A stretch of DNA of 64,000 nt from the IMG/VR virus record IMGVR_UViG_3300008259_002957. The stretch is one strand, 5' to 3'. Of this stretch, positions 27,433 through 37,206 are shown piece after piece (the first letter of the stretch is position 1; every line of letters begins with the position of its first letter). This DNA is from a virus. Lineage: Duplodnaviria; Caudoviricetes. A program made the position numbers and the translations under genes. A model generated the notes under the pieces. The model did not search any database. It worked only from the letters and a program-made list of their open reading frames with translations, and had not been told where the DNA came from.

Positions 27433-28239
27433 TTACTTTTTAAATGGTGCTTTTTTCTTATCAGCAACAGCCTTTTTCATCGGCTCTTTTTTGTTGCCAT
27501 CTTTGTCCATATCAAGGAAGTCTGGTTTTGCTGCTTCGTTGGCTTTGGAACGTGCTTCACTGTCTTTCTTCATATCGCGTATTTTTTTATCATAGGCTAG
27601 ATCGAGACCGCTATCTCTCTTTTTTACAGTTTTTTTGTCTCCACTGTCTAGGGCTTTATCAAGGCTGGCATTTGCTGCCTTAGTATACGATTGTCTAGTT
27701 TTACTTGATACTTCTTTAACAGGTGCTTTCTTCTTGTCAGCAACTGCTTTTTTCATTGGCTCTTTTTTGTTGCCATCTTTGTCCATGTCTAAGAAATCTG
27801 GCTTTGCGTTCTTTTCGTTCAATGCACGATACAAACGATCTTTGATCGATTCAACAGACATTGGGTTATCACCTTTTGCTGCTGGTTTATACATATTCTT
27901 TTCACGATTAATACCGCCGCTCAAATCTTTGGTCATAAACTTATGGTCAGCATATTCTTCGTCTGGCTCGTTGATAAATTCTTCATCAGTTTCGTATTCT
28001 GCTTCCATTGCATCCGCAGCCATTGCCATTGGCATTGCTGCCATTGCAGGTCTTGCTTCACCGGATTCGATGTTTGCCAATGCACGAAGCATCTGTGCCA
28101 TGTCGTGTGCTGTTGGTGCAGATAAGTTTACGCTAACTGGAGTAGACGGTGCAGACGACGGCATAGGACCACACTCAGTTACTTTAGATTTATTCTCGAC
28201 AGCGTCAAGTTTTTTCAAAATGTCTAACATATTGCTCAT
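27433..28239 (-). CDS. hypothetical, probable internal virion protein with duplicated 29-aa DxDxDG module
   Basis: 268 aa; AKPDFLDMDKDGNKKEPMKKAVADKKKAP occurs twice. Confidence 0.75.
   Translation of the reverse strand: MSNMLDILKKLDAVENKSKVTECGPMPSSAPSTPVSVNLSAPTAHDMAQMLRALANIESGEARPAMAAMPMAMAADAMEAEYETDEEFINEPDEEYADHKFMTKDLSGGINREKNMYKPAAKGDNPMSVESIKDRLYRALNEKNAKPDFLDMDKDGNKKEPMKKAVADKKKAPVKEVSSKTRQSYTKAANASLDKALDSGDKKTVKKRDSGLDLAYDKKIRDMKKDSEARSKANEAAKPDFLDMDKDGNKKEPMKKAVADKKKAPFKK
27445..27807 (-). repeat. intragenic direct repeat, 87 nt x2 (27445-27531 and 27721-27807)
   Basis: Identical 29-aa translation with several synonymous nucleotide differences. Confidence 0.9.
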
Positions 28240-28784
28240 TTTTTGTTTCCTAATACACTTTTGGAGTTTTGTGGATCATTGTTAGATTCTACTTTGAAGC
28301 CACTTTTTTCACTGCTTTCCTTACGAGCAGTTTCTAATTCTTTTAATAGATCCATTACACGAGTAGTACCTACACTGCCTTGTGCCGAAACACCGCCCAT
28401 ATCCTCTTTGGTTAAAAGAGTTTCATATTCGGTATTTTCTTCTACACTTTGATGTCTTTCTACCGGACTGTCTGGATTTCTAACTATAACATGACTACGT
28501 GGCACGCTGCAAGAATGACCGATGTATTCTTGTAGTATTGCTTCTGTCGTTGGATACACAAGATCTACATCAAAGTATGTAACTTCTGTATTTTCTAAGT
28601 TTGGAAAATCTAGCGGACGTTCTTGTATTGGTGTTTTTTTGCCTGCTGAAAATGTTTCTACACCGAACTTTTCTAACATTGTCTTTAAACGATCATTGAT
28701 GCCTTCTGGAAGTTCTCCAGCAAGCCCTATTTTAAAACTATATGTTTTTTTAGATTCGACTAAAAAATCTTGAAATTTTTTCAT
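28236..28784 (-). CDS. hypothetical protein (late gene)
   Basis: 182 aa, AGGA RBS, ATAAATA at 28806-28812. Confidence 0.75.
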   Translation of the reverse strand: MKKFQDFLVESKKTYSFKIGLAGELPEGINDRLKTMLEKFGVETFSAGKKTPIQERPLDFPNLENTEVTYFDVDLVYPTTEAILQEYIGHSCSVPRSHVIVRNPDSPVERHQSVEENTEYETLLTKEDMGGVSAQGSVGTTRVMDLLKELETARKESSEKSGFKVESNNDPQNSKSVLGNKK

Positions 28785-28804
28785 TGTTAGGATCCTATTA
28801 TAAC

Positions 28805-29302
28805 TTATTTATCTTTGTTTATTCCTTTAAGGCGTTCTAGCAAACTGTTTCTGTCAGAAACAACATAGCCTTCACCTTCTGTAAAATTGCCATCATTGAT
28901 TGAATCTTTGTCTTGCTTGTCTTTTTTAAGTTGTAATTCAACCATTTTAAGTTTTTTATCTAGTTTTGCAATCTTAGCATTTAAACTGGTTTGCAACATA
29001 GAGTTAGCAACTTCAAAAACTCTGCCGCTGTAACGTGCTTCCACATTCATACCTAGATCCATTAGGTCTTCATATGCTTGCATTGCTTTGTCAGACACCT
29101 CGTTTAGTTCAATATCGGCCATTTGTCCAAGGCCGTCAACTGCGGGAAGTGCAGCCGCAATCTTATCAAACTCAGCAATTTCCCTAAAGGCTTTGTCTTG
29201 TGCTCGTAGAGCGTCGGGGTCTGATTTCTTTTCTTTAACTTTTTCTTCTTTGATCAATTCTTTTGATTCAGGAAGGTTAAGTAAGTCTTCTAATTTTTTC
29301 AT
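28805..29302 (-). CDS. possible terminase small subunit (gp16-like)
   Basis: AYEDLMDLG...RVFEVANSML...DKKLK helical pattern resembles the gp16 core; located near gp17 and gp4. Confidence 0.45.
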   Translation of the reverse strand: MKKLEDLLNLPESKELIKEEKVKEKKSDPDALRAQDKAFREIAEFDKIAAALPAVDGLGQMADIELNEVSDKAMQAYEDLMDLGMNVEARYSGRVFEVANSMLQTSLNAKIAKLDKKLKMVELQLKKDKQDKDSINDGNFTEGEGYVVSDRNSLLERLKGINKDK

Positions 29303-29331
29303 AATAGTATCCCATTAAGTACTACTATTAT

Positions 29332-29769
29332 TTATCGTCTAGATCCGTTGTGGAATAGATCATTTTCATTTATAATTCTAAAGTTAATGCCATTTTGTCT
29401 GCACCAGGATCTTGCAGCATCCCATTTAATAGAATTGAGTATTGCGTGTGCTTGATTTGTTTTATTTTTTTTGGCTTCTGCTAAACTAGTTTGGTTCATC
29501 GGTTTGACTTCAATCAGTTCAGCCTGTTGTTTACCGTCAGCATCAGTATATGCAATAAAAAAGTCTGGAACATAAATTGTATTTTTTCCAGTAAAAGGAT
29601 TTTTGTAAGGAATCTTAATTGCTTCACTTGCCCATTTGTTAATGCTTGGATTGTTATCACAGAATTGCATAAACGCAAATTCCCAACTACTGCGATATGT
29701 TGGATTTCTTTTACCAACATATTTGTCAGGATTCTTAACAGTGTATTTTCCTTGCGCCCACTTAGCCAT
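29332..29769 (-). CDS. gp4: head completion nuclease (T4 gp4, TnsA-like PD-(D/E)xK)
   Basis: YRSSWE, KWASE, IPY, YVPDF, IEVKP, KWDAA, ENDLF. Confidence 0.88.
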   Translation of the reverse strand: MAKWAQGKYTVKNPDKYVGKRNPTYRSSWEFAFMQFCDNNPSINKWASEAIKIPYKNPFTGKNTIYVPDFFIAYTDADGKQQAELIEVKPMNQTSLAEAKKNKTNQAHAILNSIKWDAARSWCRQNGINFRIINENDLFHNGSRR

Positions 29770-30137
29770 TAGTATAGTATATTTCTTGCTTCTACTTTGT
29801 CGTAGTTAACTTCTGCTTTGTAACCAAGTTTGCTAAGTTTAGATCTGTTTGCATTTAAGATAGCAGTAACCAAAGTGCTTAGTTTAACTTTGTCAAACCC
29901 TTCTAGAGTATCTAATAAAGAATTAACATTAACTCCGTCAGCCTTTGCCTGTTGTAATAATATAGTAGATACACTAATTGCTGCTAATTCGTCGAATCCT
30001 CTTTTTCTAAAAAAGCCAATCACTGAATCAACTTGACTACTGGAATAAGCAATTTCGCTTGAGAAATATCTATTGAACAACAATCTTGTTGCTTTAGAAC
30101 TATCGTTGTTTTCTTGTATATTTGTAATACTTGACAT
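29769..30137 (-). CDS. hypothetical protein
   Basis: 122 aa, TAATG coupling to gp4. Confidence 0.7.
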   Translation of the reverse strand: MSSITNIQENNDSSKATRLLFNRYFSSEIAYSSSQVDSVIGFFRKRGFDELAAISVSTILLQQAKADGVNVNSLLDTLEGFDKVKLSTLVTAILNANRSKLSKLGYKAEVNYDKVEARNILY

Positions 30138-30146
30138 TGCTATCTC

Positions 30147-31223
30147 TTAAAATGATTTTCGTTTTGTTTCGGTAACTGCTGTTGACGCAGGTTTTTTAGG
30201 AAACAATAAATTACCTATTGAATTACTTAATACAGATTCAAGTATTCCGCTTGCTTCTTGCTTGACACCTGCTTTAGATAAATTTTGATAATTGTTGAGT
30301 GTGTTTGCACCGTTAATAATTCCAGCAAGTATGTTGCCTTGTGAAAAACTGTCTATGGTATTGTTTAATCCTGCAATAACACCGCCGCGACCAAATATAC
30401 TTGTGGTGCCGCCGCCTATTGTAGATAGAGGACTAGGTGTTTTATCGTAGTGTTCTTGAGCAAAATTTTGTGGAACATTTCCTACTTCAACATAACCTCT
30501 TGAGTATTGTACCGATTCGTATGAAACACTCAATCTATTAATACTAAATTCGGAATTTTCCTGACTTACTGCATCATGCTCAAAGTTGTCAATATACGGA
30601 TTAATCAGTGTAAAACAAGTATAGGATGCTCTTGCATTTCTTGGATGCAATTGATAAATTTGTATGCTATTAAAGAACGTATAACGTTTGTTTGGTTTGT
30701 CTAGGCCAAATCTATATCGCTGTGAATCTGTATTCCAATATATTGGATTTATACCATTAACACCCTTTAAGTATGCAGGAACAGTAGTTGACGGAGTTCC
30801 GTCGGTTTCTCTTCTAGTATAATTACTGTCATTGTAGTAATATCTAAAATAACTTTCCCAGAGTAAAGATGTTAATCCTGCGTTGTCGTCATGAAATTCT
30901 ATAGTTACTGGTTGATATTGCACACCGGTTTGAATAATCTTTTTTCTGTTGTATTGGTTAACTGTTTGTGTTTGCATACGATATTTTGGCAAGTCTGAAC
31001 TTCTTGCTAAAATGTTAATTTCACTTCGGTAAGGATATAACGTATCACTGATTGCATAAGGATTAATATTTAATACAACATGATAGAGATGTTTAAACTT
31101 TGGAGCAAGACGCATGTTGTTGTCAACATAAAGTCTTGCCGCATGTTGGTAGTCTCCTAAGTTGCCTTTAGGATTTTGTACAGAGTTAAAAAAGTTATCA
31201 AAAAAACCGTTGAATATCGACAT
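30147..31223 (-). CDS. tail-tube-fold baseplate protein (gp48/gp54-like tube initiator)
   Basis: RSSDLPKYRMQTQTVNQYNRK...YQPVTIEFHDD tube-like motif; adjacent to the tube gene. Confidence 0.65.
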   Translation of the reverse strand: MSIFNGFFDNFFNSVQNPKGNLGDYQHAARLYVDNNMRLAPKFKHLYHVVLNINPYAISDTLYPYRSEINILARSSDLPKYRMQTQTVNQYNRKKIIQTGVQYQPVTIEFHDDNAGLTSLLWESYFRYYYNDSNYTRRETDGTPSTTVPAYLKGVNGINPIYWNTDSQRYRFGLDKPNKRYTFFNSIQIYQLHPRNARASYTCFTLINPYIDNFEHDAVSQENSEFSINRLSVSYESVQYSRGYVEVGNVPQNFAQEHYDKTPSPLSTIGGGTTSIFGRGGVIAGLNNTIDSFSQGNILAGIINGANTLNNYQNLSKAGVKQEASGILESVLSNSIGNLLFPKKPASTAVTETKRKSF

Positions 31224-31260
31224 ACTGTATTTATCTATTCGATTAAGTGCATAGATAATA

Positions 31261-31288
31261 GAAAAGGAGGAATAATATCCTCCTTTTC
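31261..31288 (-). terminator. intrinsic terminator after tail tube gene
   Basis: 11-bp stem GAAAAGGAGGA/TCCTCCTTTTC, 6-nt loop. Confidence 0.75.
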
Positions 31289-31310
31289 ATGGCAATCATT
31301 TTATTTGTTA

Positions 31311-31937
31311 TTAGCGGCCAGCGCCAGTTGCGGCAGTGCTTACATTACGTCCGACTGTTGTGCCTAGGCCAGTGCCAGTTGGAGTTTGTACAGCGTTGTC
31401 GTATTGCATAGTTAATGCAATTGTTACTGGTTCGCTTGTTGCATAGTTTAGTGTATTATAGTTTGCTTCACTAATGTAGCAACCATAGCACTCCCAAGTT
31501 TCAAGAACAGTAGGTGTAAATGCACCGTTGCCGCCATCTAGAATTTCGATACGAGTTAAGAACTTGTAGTCAATACCTGATGCAGCACTTGCTTGTTCCA
31601 TGAAATCAAATTGCTTTTGTAGTTGTTCACCAACAAGTTTTTGAACGTTGTTGTTAACATCTTCACGTAAGTTAAGTGTTAGTGGGTTCCAAGTATGCTT
31701 ACCTGCTAGGTTTACTTTTGAGTTGTAAACATGAACTTCCATGTTTTCAAATGTTAAGTTTGGTCTTGTTACATCCATAACCTGCTTTGTAAGTTCAGTT
31801 GTTGGAGTACTGACACCAAAGTTTTCAAGCGTAACACGAAAGCGGTATTGAAGTTTTGGCATTAGCAAACCTTGACTGCTTGCGCTGTCGTTGGTTGCTA
31901 GTGGAACAGTTAGTTTTGTTAATGATGAGATTGCCAT
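31311..31937 (-). CDS. gp19: tail tube protein (gp19-like)
   Basis: YRFRV, VTRPNL, LAGKHTWNPLTL, WECYGC, LTMQYD; directly follows the sheath gene. Confidence 0.8.
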   Translation of the reverse strand: MAISSLTKLTVPLATNDSASSQGLLMPKLQYRFRVTLENFGVSTPTTELTKQVMDVTRPNLTFENMEVHVYNSKVNLAGKHTWNPLTLNLREDVNNNVQKLVGEQLQKQFDFMEQASAASGIDYKFLTRIEILDGGNGAFTPTVLETWECYGCYISEANYNTLNYATSEPVTIALTMQYDNAVQTPTGTGLGTTVGRNVSTAATGAGR

Positions 31938-31970
31938 ATATTATTAACTCCTTATTACAAGTATTTATCA

Positions 31971-32002
31971 ATTGTAGGGGGTATCTTTCAACCCCCTATA
32001 AT
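31971..32002. other. stem-loop between sheath and tube genes (terminator or mRNA stabiliser)
   Basis: TAGGGGGT/ACCCCCTA core stem; no U-tract; immediately followed on the minus strand by ATAAATA (31968-31962). Confidence 0.5.
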
Positions 32003-32003
32003 C

Positions 32004-35000
32004 TTAAAGACCTGCAATTTCTCCTGTGTTCTTAAGACGTAGCGGAATATAAATAAATTCAATTGCCTTAACTGGTTCAATTGCAATATCTACATACAGT
32101 TCGTTTCTATCAATTCTACTTGGTGTGTTGTTTGTTTCATCACACACAACTAGATAGTCGTAAAGTGCTCTTAAGCCTACAAGTTCAACCAATAGACTTT
32201 CTACCTGCTGTTTGATTTCATCGCGTGTAATTTTGTCGTTTGGTTCAAATATATAAGGCTTTGCAAGTGTTTTTAATTGGCTGCGTAGATAAATTACAAG
32301 ACGTGCTACGTTAACTCTATCTAGAGCACTTGCATTTCTTGCACGAGTCTTTTGACCATAAACTACAAGACCTGCACCGTTAAGGAACGTGATTGGGTTA
32401 ACGTTGTTTTGGTACAATGTGTCTCTTTGTCCAGTGTTAAGAGCAGTGCTTATAAATTCACCTTCACTGTTTAAGTAACCTGTTGCAGTTGCGTTAGTTA
32501 CACCACCGCGACGTGTACCAGCAGGAGCAAACCATGGATATGCAACTTGGTCATTGAGTGCAATAACACGCAATACCATGTGACTTGGCGGTACAACAAT
32601 GTTGTTGCCTGCATTATCGCTACTAAAGCCCCATGGATAGTAAACACCTAGATATTCGTCTCTGCTTACTAGTCCGGAGTCGTTATCCTCTACGGCGCTG
32701 TTAACGTTGGTTGCCCAGTTGCTAATTGCAGTTGTAGTCGGTTGCAATCTTGCAGGACTATCACCAACAACAAACGCTGTTAGGCCTCTGTCATTATTTA
32801 GACTAATCAATTCACCAATTAGTTCTGGATATCCAGGGCAAGCAATTAGGTTGAATATTCTTGATTCATCATCTCTAACATCCTGATTGCTGTTTACACT
32901 TGCTTGTAGAGAACGTACAACTACTTTGCGTTGTGCATTTAATCCAAACGATCCTGAACCGTCGTCATTGTTTTGTGATTCAGTAACCCAACGGTGTGGA
33001 TAGTAACCACTCATTGATTCGTCACCGACTCTAGTATTTTCACCATCAATATCGATGTAGTTACGCTCAAAACGCTTCACGTTAAATCCGCTGCGACGTA
33101 GGTTCCATAGCAACATACCGCGTGGGTATAGTGACGGATCTGGTGCATCAGGATCGAGATAATCACTCTCAAGTAGTTCTGTGATTTCGCCAGCAACATC
33201 GCTGTTTGCGCCAGCAGTGTTATAACGTGCATCAGCAAATAATACACCGTTTTCAGTTGTTTGATCAGTTTTATCAATTAGTACCCATTTGCTGGTTACA
33301 CTGCTATAACGATAAATTTGCGGATAGTTTTGTATGTCTGCGGTAGAGATCCATAGATCACCGTCAACTAAGTTGCTGAGATCTGAACGGTCGCCGTTTA
33401 TAGGTTCTGATGCGCCAACAATAGGTCCGGCTGGGTCAGTTAGAGGATAAACTTCTCTATATCCCTTCCAAATAGTGCCGTTGTGTACCATGATGTCAAC
33501 TTCGTCATTAACACTGCTATACCATAGAGCACCATCTGCAGGAATAGTAGTAGGTGCAGTATCTTGTGCGTCATAAACCAACGCCTTCCAAAGTGTTGCT
33601 ACAAACTGCTTTGGCGAAGTACTAACATCAGTGCCTGGTACAAAGTATAGATTTGTAGTTGTTGTTGAGATTGTTGCATCAAATGGTGTAAAGATATTAT
33701 CAAAACCGCCAGTAGTATCAACTATTCTAATTTCTCCGCCAGTTGCATGTGAAATTACAACTCTGTTTTGACTATCAACTGTTGCTGTAATATTTGTAAA
33801 TCCTGCACTGTTAATAGCATTTGCTAATGTATCTGCGTCTGTTCCTACGTTTCCTGAAGTAAACGAGATAGTTTTAGTAGTTAGCGTACTAACCCCTGTT
33901 GTACTTTCTGACATATCAAATGTGAAAGTACCAATTGGGAAAGAACCTACTGCAACTCTGCTACTAGTAATAGTAGTTGCACCTGAACCATTTTTTCTAA
34001 AGATTTTAAAATCTGCTAGAGTATTAGTAGCCTCTGAAGAATTATACTGTATGTATAGAGATCCTTCGGCAATGTTTGCGCCGCCACCAGTGCTGTCTAA
34101 TCCATAAATGGCTGAGTGATTAGTTGCGTAGATTGGAGAGTTAATTTTTGTCCACGAATCTGTATCGGAACTGTAACGCTTAACATCCCAATTTGCACCT
34201 AGATTTGGAGTTGTAATCTTAACCCAAATAGAACCTGTTGGACGTGGCGAAACGTCTGCTGTTTTAAACGCAGGAACTTGTGTGTGAGGTGATACTTGAA
34301 TTGATGGTGGATAATATAATCTAGGCTGTGTAATGCCCAGTGCAGAAAATGTTGCATCATCACCAAATAGTTCAATTACATCGCCATTTGAACCGTTATA
34401 GAAAAGATTTAGTCTACCGTTTGTAACACTAGCAGTAATACCATCTGCTACTAGTGCGCTGTTTGCATTTATGTCTGCTGCTAGTTGTGCTACAGTTGTA
34501 CCTGTTGTTATGATTTCATAAAGTGTTGCACCACTACTATCTGCTGTTAGACTGATTCCAAAAACTTTTCCAGTGGTTAGTGTTGGATTAGCAATAGACG
34601 CAGTTACAAATGGAAAACTTGCTTTCCACGCTGCGCTTCCAACTGCAACCCAAGTACCTGCAGAATTCTTATACCATAGTTTATTAGTATTTGTAACAGC
34701 AACAACAGCATAGTCACCAATTGCACCTACACTACCTTTTGGTGTATAATTTGCACCACTGAAGTTAACTACTTTGGTTGTGTCTGTGATAACCAACGGA
34801 ACTTTATTTACAAATGTTTGTCCACCAGTAACGTTTGCAGCATTGCCGTTCCACTCAAATACACCGTATAGCGAGTCATTGGTGTCAAACCAGTATGCAC
34901 CATTAGTTGGCTTGCCGGCAGTTTCTGTTGCACTAGCAGTAAGTGCAGAAAGGTCTAGATTTGCTCTTACAACATATGCTCTGTTTGAAACACCAAGGAA

Positions 35001-35297
35001 TGAGTACGCTGCTTGAAGACCATATTCGTTTTGTTCGCCGCCGTGTATTGGATTGTTATTAGCATCTGTATAAAACAGTGCATCGCCAAATGTTTCAGAA
35101 AGTTCTCTCTGTGATGAAACCAAGTAAACTTTACCAGCGTTTGATGCTAGTGTACCGGGTGCAATACCAGTGCCTCCTGGATTCGGTTTATTTGTTTGAG
35201 TTGCGATAAAAATAAGAGGTACAGTACCCGGTTCGGCCGGAGTATAAAAACTCTCGTCGATAACGCTAACCTGTACGCCTGGTGATACCAATGCCAT
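32004..35297 (-). CDS. gp18: tail sheath protein (gp18-like) with a large internal insertion
   Basis: MALVSPGVQV, ACPGYPE, YYPW, PWFAPAG.RRG, RDTLYQNNVNPI, YGQKT, DRVNVARL, FEPND, EFIYI. Confidence 0.93.
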   Translation of the reverse strand: MALVSPGVQVSVIDESFYTPAEPGTVPLIFIATQTNKPNPGGTGIAPGTLASNAGKVYLVSSQRELSETFGDALFYTDANNNPIHGGEQNEYGLQAAYSFLGVSNRAYVVRANLDLSALTASATETAGKPTNGAYWFDTNDSLYGVFEWNGNAANVTGGQTFVNKVPLVITDTTKVVNFSGANYTPKGSVGAIGDYAVVAVTNTNKLWYKNSAGTWVAVGSAAWKASFPFVTASIANPTLTTGKVFGISLTADSSGATLYEIITTGTTVAQLAADINANSALVADGITASVTNGRLNLFYNGSNGDVIELFGDDATFSALGITQPRLYYPPSIQVSPHTQVPAFKTADVSPRPTGSIWVKITTPNLGANWDVKRYSSDTDSWTKINSPIYATNHSAIYGLDSTGGGANIAEGSLYIQYNSSEATNTLADFKIFRKNGSGATTITSSRVAVGSFPIGTFTFDMSESTTGVSTLTTKTISFTSGNVGTDADTLANAINSAGFTNITATVDSQNRVVISHATGGEIRIVDTTGGFDNIFTPFDATISTTTTNLYFVPGTDVSTSPKQFVATLWKALVYDAQDTAPTTIPADGALWYSSVNDEVDIMVHNGTIWKGYREVYPLTDPAGPIVGASEPINGDRSDLSNLVDGDLWISTADIQNYPQIYRYSSVTSKWVLIDKTDQTTENGVLFADARYNTAGANSDVAGEITELLESDYLDPDAPDPSLYPRGMLLWNLRRSGFNVKRFERNYIDIDGENTRVGDESMSGYYPHRWVTESQNNDDGSGSFGLNAQRKVVVRSLQASVNSNQDVRDDESRIFNLIACPGYPELIGELISLNNDRGLTAFVVGDSPARLQPTTTAISNWATNVNSAVEDNDSGLVSRDEYLGVYYPWGFSSDNAGNNIVVPPSHMVLRVIALNDQVAYPWFAPAGTRRGGVTNATATGYLNSEGEFISTALNTGQRDTLYQNNVNPITFLNGAGLVVYGQKTRARNASALDRVNVARLVIYLRSQLKTLAKPYIFEPNDKITRDEIKQQVESLLVELVGLRALYDYLVVCDETNNTPSRIDRNELYVDIAIEPVKAIEFIYIPLRLKNTGEIAGL

Positions 35298-35384
35298 TGT
35301 CTATTCTCCTTGTGGATCTTTGCTTAATATTATTTAGCATATCCATCGAGAAAATACTCGTTACAACACCAAAAAAAGCGTAGT

Positions 35385-35882
35385 TTATAATATGTGATTA
35401 ACCAACTGATCTATATTACGTTCTAATTCTGCTAAAGAACCGTTGTTATCAATTACATAATTTGCCATCCAAATTTCAAGACTCATAGAAGTTGGAGGTT
35501 CTGGAGGCAAATAATCTGACCTATCAACCCAAATTGCATAATCAAATACGCCTGTGTTACGCATTGCATGAAATTCTGCTTTGTTACGTAATCCGCAATA
35601 GATATCATGTTCTTCGAATATTTCTCTACCCAGTCGTGCTGCGTCAGGACGACAATAATCACGAATCATTTCATACCATTCTTGGCGATGATTATGACGA
35701 TCTGCGTAGCATTCTTCTTCGTTATAATATCCATAAACGTTTTTTAGACGATCAAAGATAAATCGCTTACTACAAAAACGACTAGAAGATTCAAAGTTAA
35801 ATTTGTATTTTTCTTTTAAAATTTCGCAGACTGTGTCTTTACCATGTCTGCCGTGTCCGATTACTAGTAATTTTTTTCTCAT
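35385..35882 (-). CDS. deoxynucleoside monophosphate kinase-like P-loop protein
   Basis: IGHGRHGKDT, GLRNKAE, IDNNGSLAEL. Confidence 0.7.
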   Translation of the reverse strand: MRKKLLVIGHGRHGKDTVCEILKEKYKFNFESSSRFCSKRFIFDRLKNVYGYYNEEECYADRHNHRQEWYEMIRDYCRPDAARLGREIFEEHDIYCGLRNKAEFHAMRNTGVFDYAIWVDRSDYLPPEPPTSMSLEIWMANYVIDNNGSLAELERNIDQLVNHIL

Positions 35883-35901
35883 AATGTATATTAAAATAAT
35901 T

Positions 35902-36402
35902 TTAGATATTTGTCAACCAAACGTTATTAGGTCCTACATCATATTTTTTTATAACTTCATTTACAGCACGATTAACACCAGGAAAGTCGATATCATGTCC
36001 GGTTAACAGGCCGCCGTTTTTGAGTTTAGGTGCGTATGCTGCTATGTCTTTTTTAACCCATTCGTAACTGTGGTCAGCATCTATAAAAACTAAATCTAAA
36101 CTGTTATTGGACATACTGTTAGCACCCTCAACACTTAATGCTTCAACAGGTATTAATCTTCTACCGTACTTTTCTTTAATTTTGTTATTATAAAAACCTG
36201 CAATACTTTTGTCAACAGCATAGATTGTTAAATCAAGATTTTGGTCTAGCAGATGAAAGGTAGTGCGGCCGTCTCGAACACCCACTTCTGCCATTGTTTT
36301 AACATTGTGTTTTTTTATTAACCAATCAAGAAAATAACGTCTATTGCTTTTACCTGTCCAGGGTACAGTTATATCAACTGCTATACGAGGTCCTTTAGCC
36401 AA
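35902..36402 (-). CDS. class I SAM methyltransferase (Methyltransf_24-like)
   Basis: EVGVRDGRT, DLVFIDADHSYEWVKKD, GGLLTGHD. Confidence 0.85.
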   Translation of the reverse strand: MAKGPRIAVDITVPWTGKSNRRYFLDWLIKKHNVKTMAEVGVRDGRTTFHLLDQNLDLTIYAVDKSIAGFYNNKIKEKYGRRLIPVEALSVEGANSMSNNSLDLVFIDADHSYEWVKKDIAAYAPKLKNGGLLTGHDIDFPGVNRAVNEVIKKYDVGPNNVWLTNI

Positions 36403-37159
36403 TTAAAAATCCATATCCGTAGCCGCCAGCAAGGCCTAGTGCTACTTCGTTATCTAACTTTTCCATTTCTGCTTGTGCTTCTGCTTTAAGACTCGCACCA
36501 TTAAGCGAAGTACCACCTTGCGGGCCAGCAATAGTAGCAAACTTTTCACGTGCTTCCCCTAGCATATACTTACAACTTGCAAGTGTGTAATCTTTGATCC
36601 ACTGTTTTGATAGATAATCTACTAACAATTCACTGTCCGGTCTATGATTATAGCAGAACAATAGAATTTCTTCACCGGCTCTGGGACGTTGCAACAACGT
36701 CATTTTTCTAGTTGCTGGGTTCCAGGTAAATTCAATAAAACTTCCAAACATACGTCCTACCAATTCTTGTTGCTGTGCAAAAAGTTCGTAAGATAACAAG
36801 CCGCCCATTCCAGACCCTGCAAGCAAGTATGTATTTGTGTAAGCCAAGTTAAACGGTTCAAACAAACTACTGCCATCGCCGCCACCACTGCGTGATCCTA
36901 CACTACGTCTAAAGCATTGACGAACTTCTACAATTTCATGTGGTAAAATGTATTCGTTTTGATCTTCAACTAGTTTGAGCGTTATATAACTTTCTTCTAC
37001 TGAGTTTCCGCCACGCTGTCTATATCTAGTAAGTGCTTTTGTTAATGCAGTATTATAGTGTATTGGATCTAGTTCTACATCAACCATTCCGCCGCCAAGG
37101 AATGTATGAACATAATCAAATACTTCTTGCTTTAATGTTACTAAATTATTATCAGCCAT
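36395..37159 (-). CDS. gp13: neck protein / head-tail adaptor (gp13-like)
   Basis: VELD, WIKDY, KFATIAGPQGGTSLNG..L..EA..E. Confidence 0.8.
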   Translation of the reverse strand: MADNNLVTLKQEVFDYVHTFLGGGMVDVELDPIHYNTALTKALTRYRQRGGNSVEESYITLKLVEDQNEYILPHEIVEVRQCFRRSVGSRSGGGDGSSLFEPFNLAYTNTYLLAGSGMGGLLSYELFAQQQELVGRMFGSFIEFTWNPATRKMTLLQRPRAGEEILLFCYNHRPDSELLVDYLSKQWIKDYTLASCKYMLGEAREKFATIAGPQGGTSLNGASLKAEAQAEMEKLDNEVALGLAGGYGYGFLIG

Positions 37160-37175
37160 TGTGATTCTCCTAAAC

Positions 37176-37202
37176 TATTTATCGTTTATATTAGGCTAAA
37201 TA
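37176..37202. promoter_or_regulatory. back-to-back late promoter motifs
   Basis: ATAAATA (minus, 37182-37176) for gp13; CTAAATA (plus, 37196-37202) 4 nt before the gp14 ATG. Confidence 0.6.
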
Positions 37203-37206
37203 TTGT

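Noticed and set aside
27635-28285. 216-aa plus-strand ORF (and similar ones such as 45311-45979, 24052-24444, 46761-47174, 48396-48815)
   Set aside because: These lie fully antisense to well-supported genes, have no RBS or motif, and are explained by codon bias on the coding strand.
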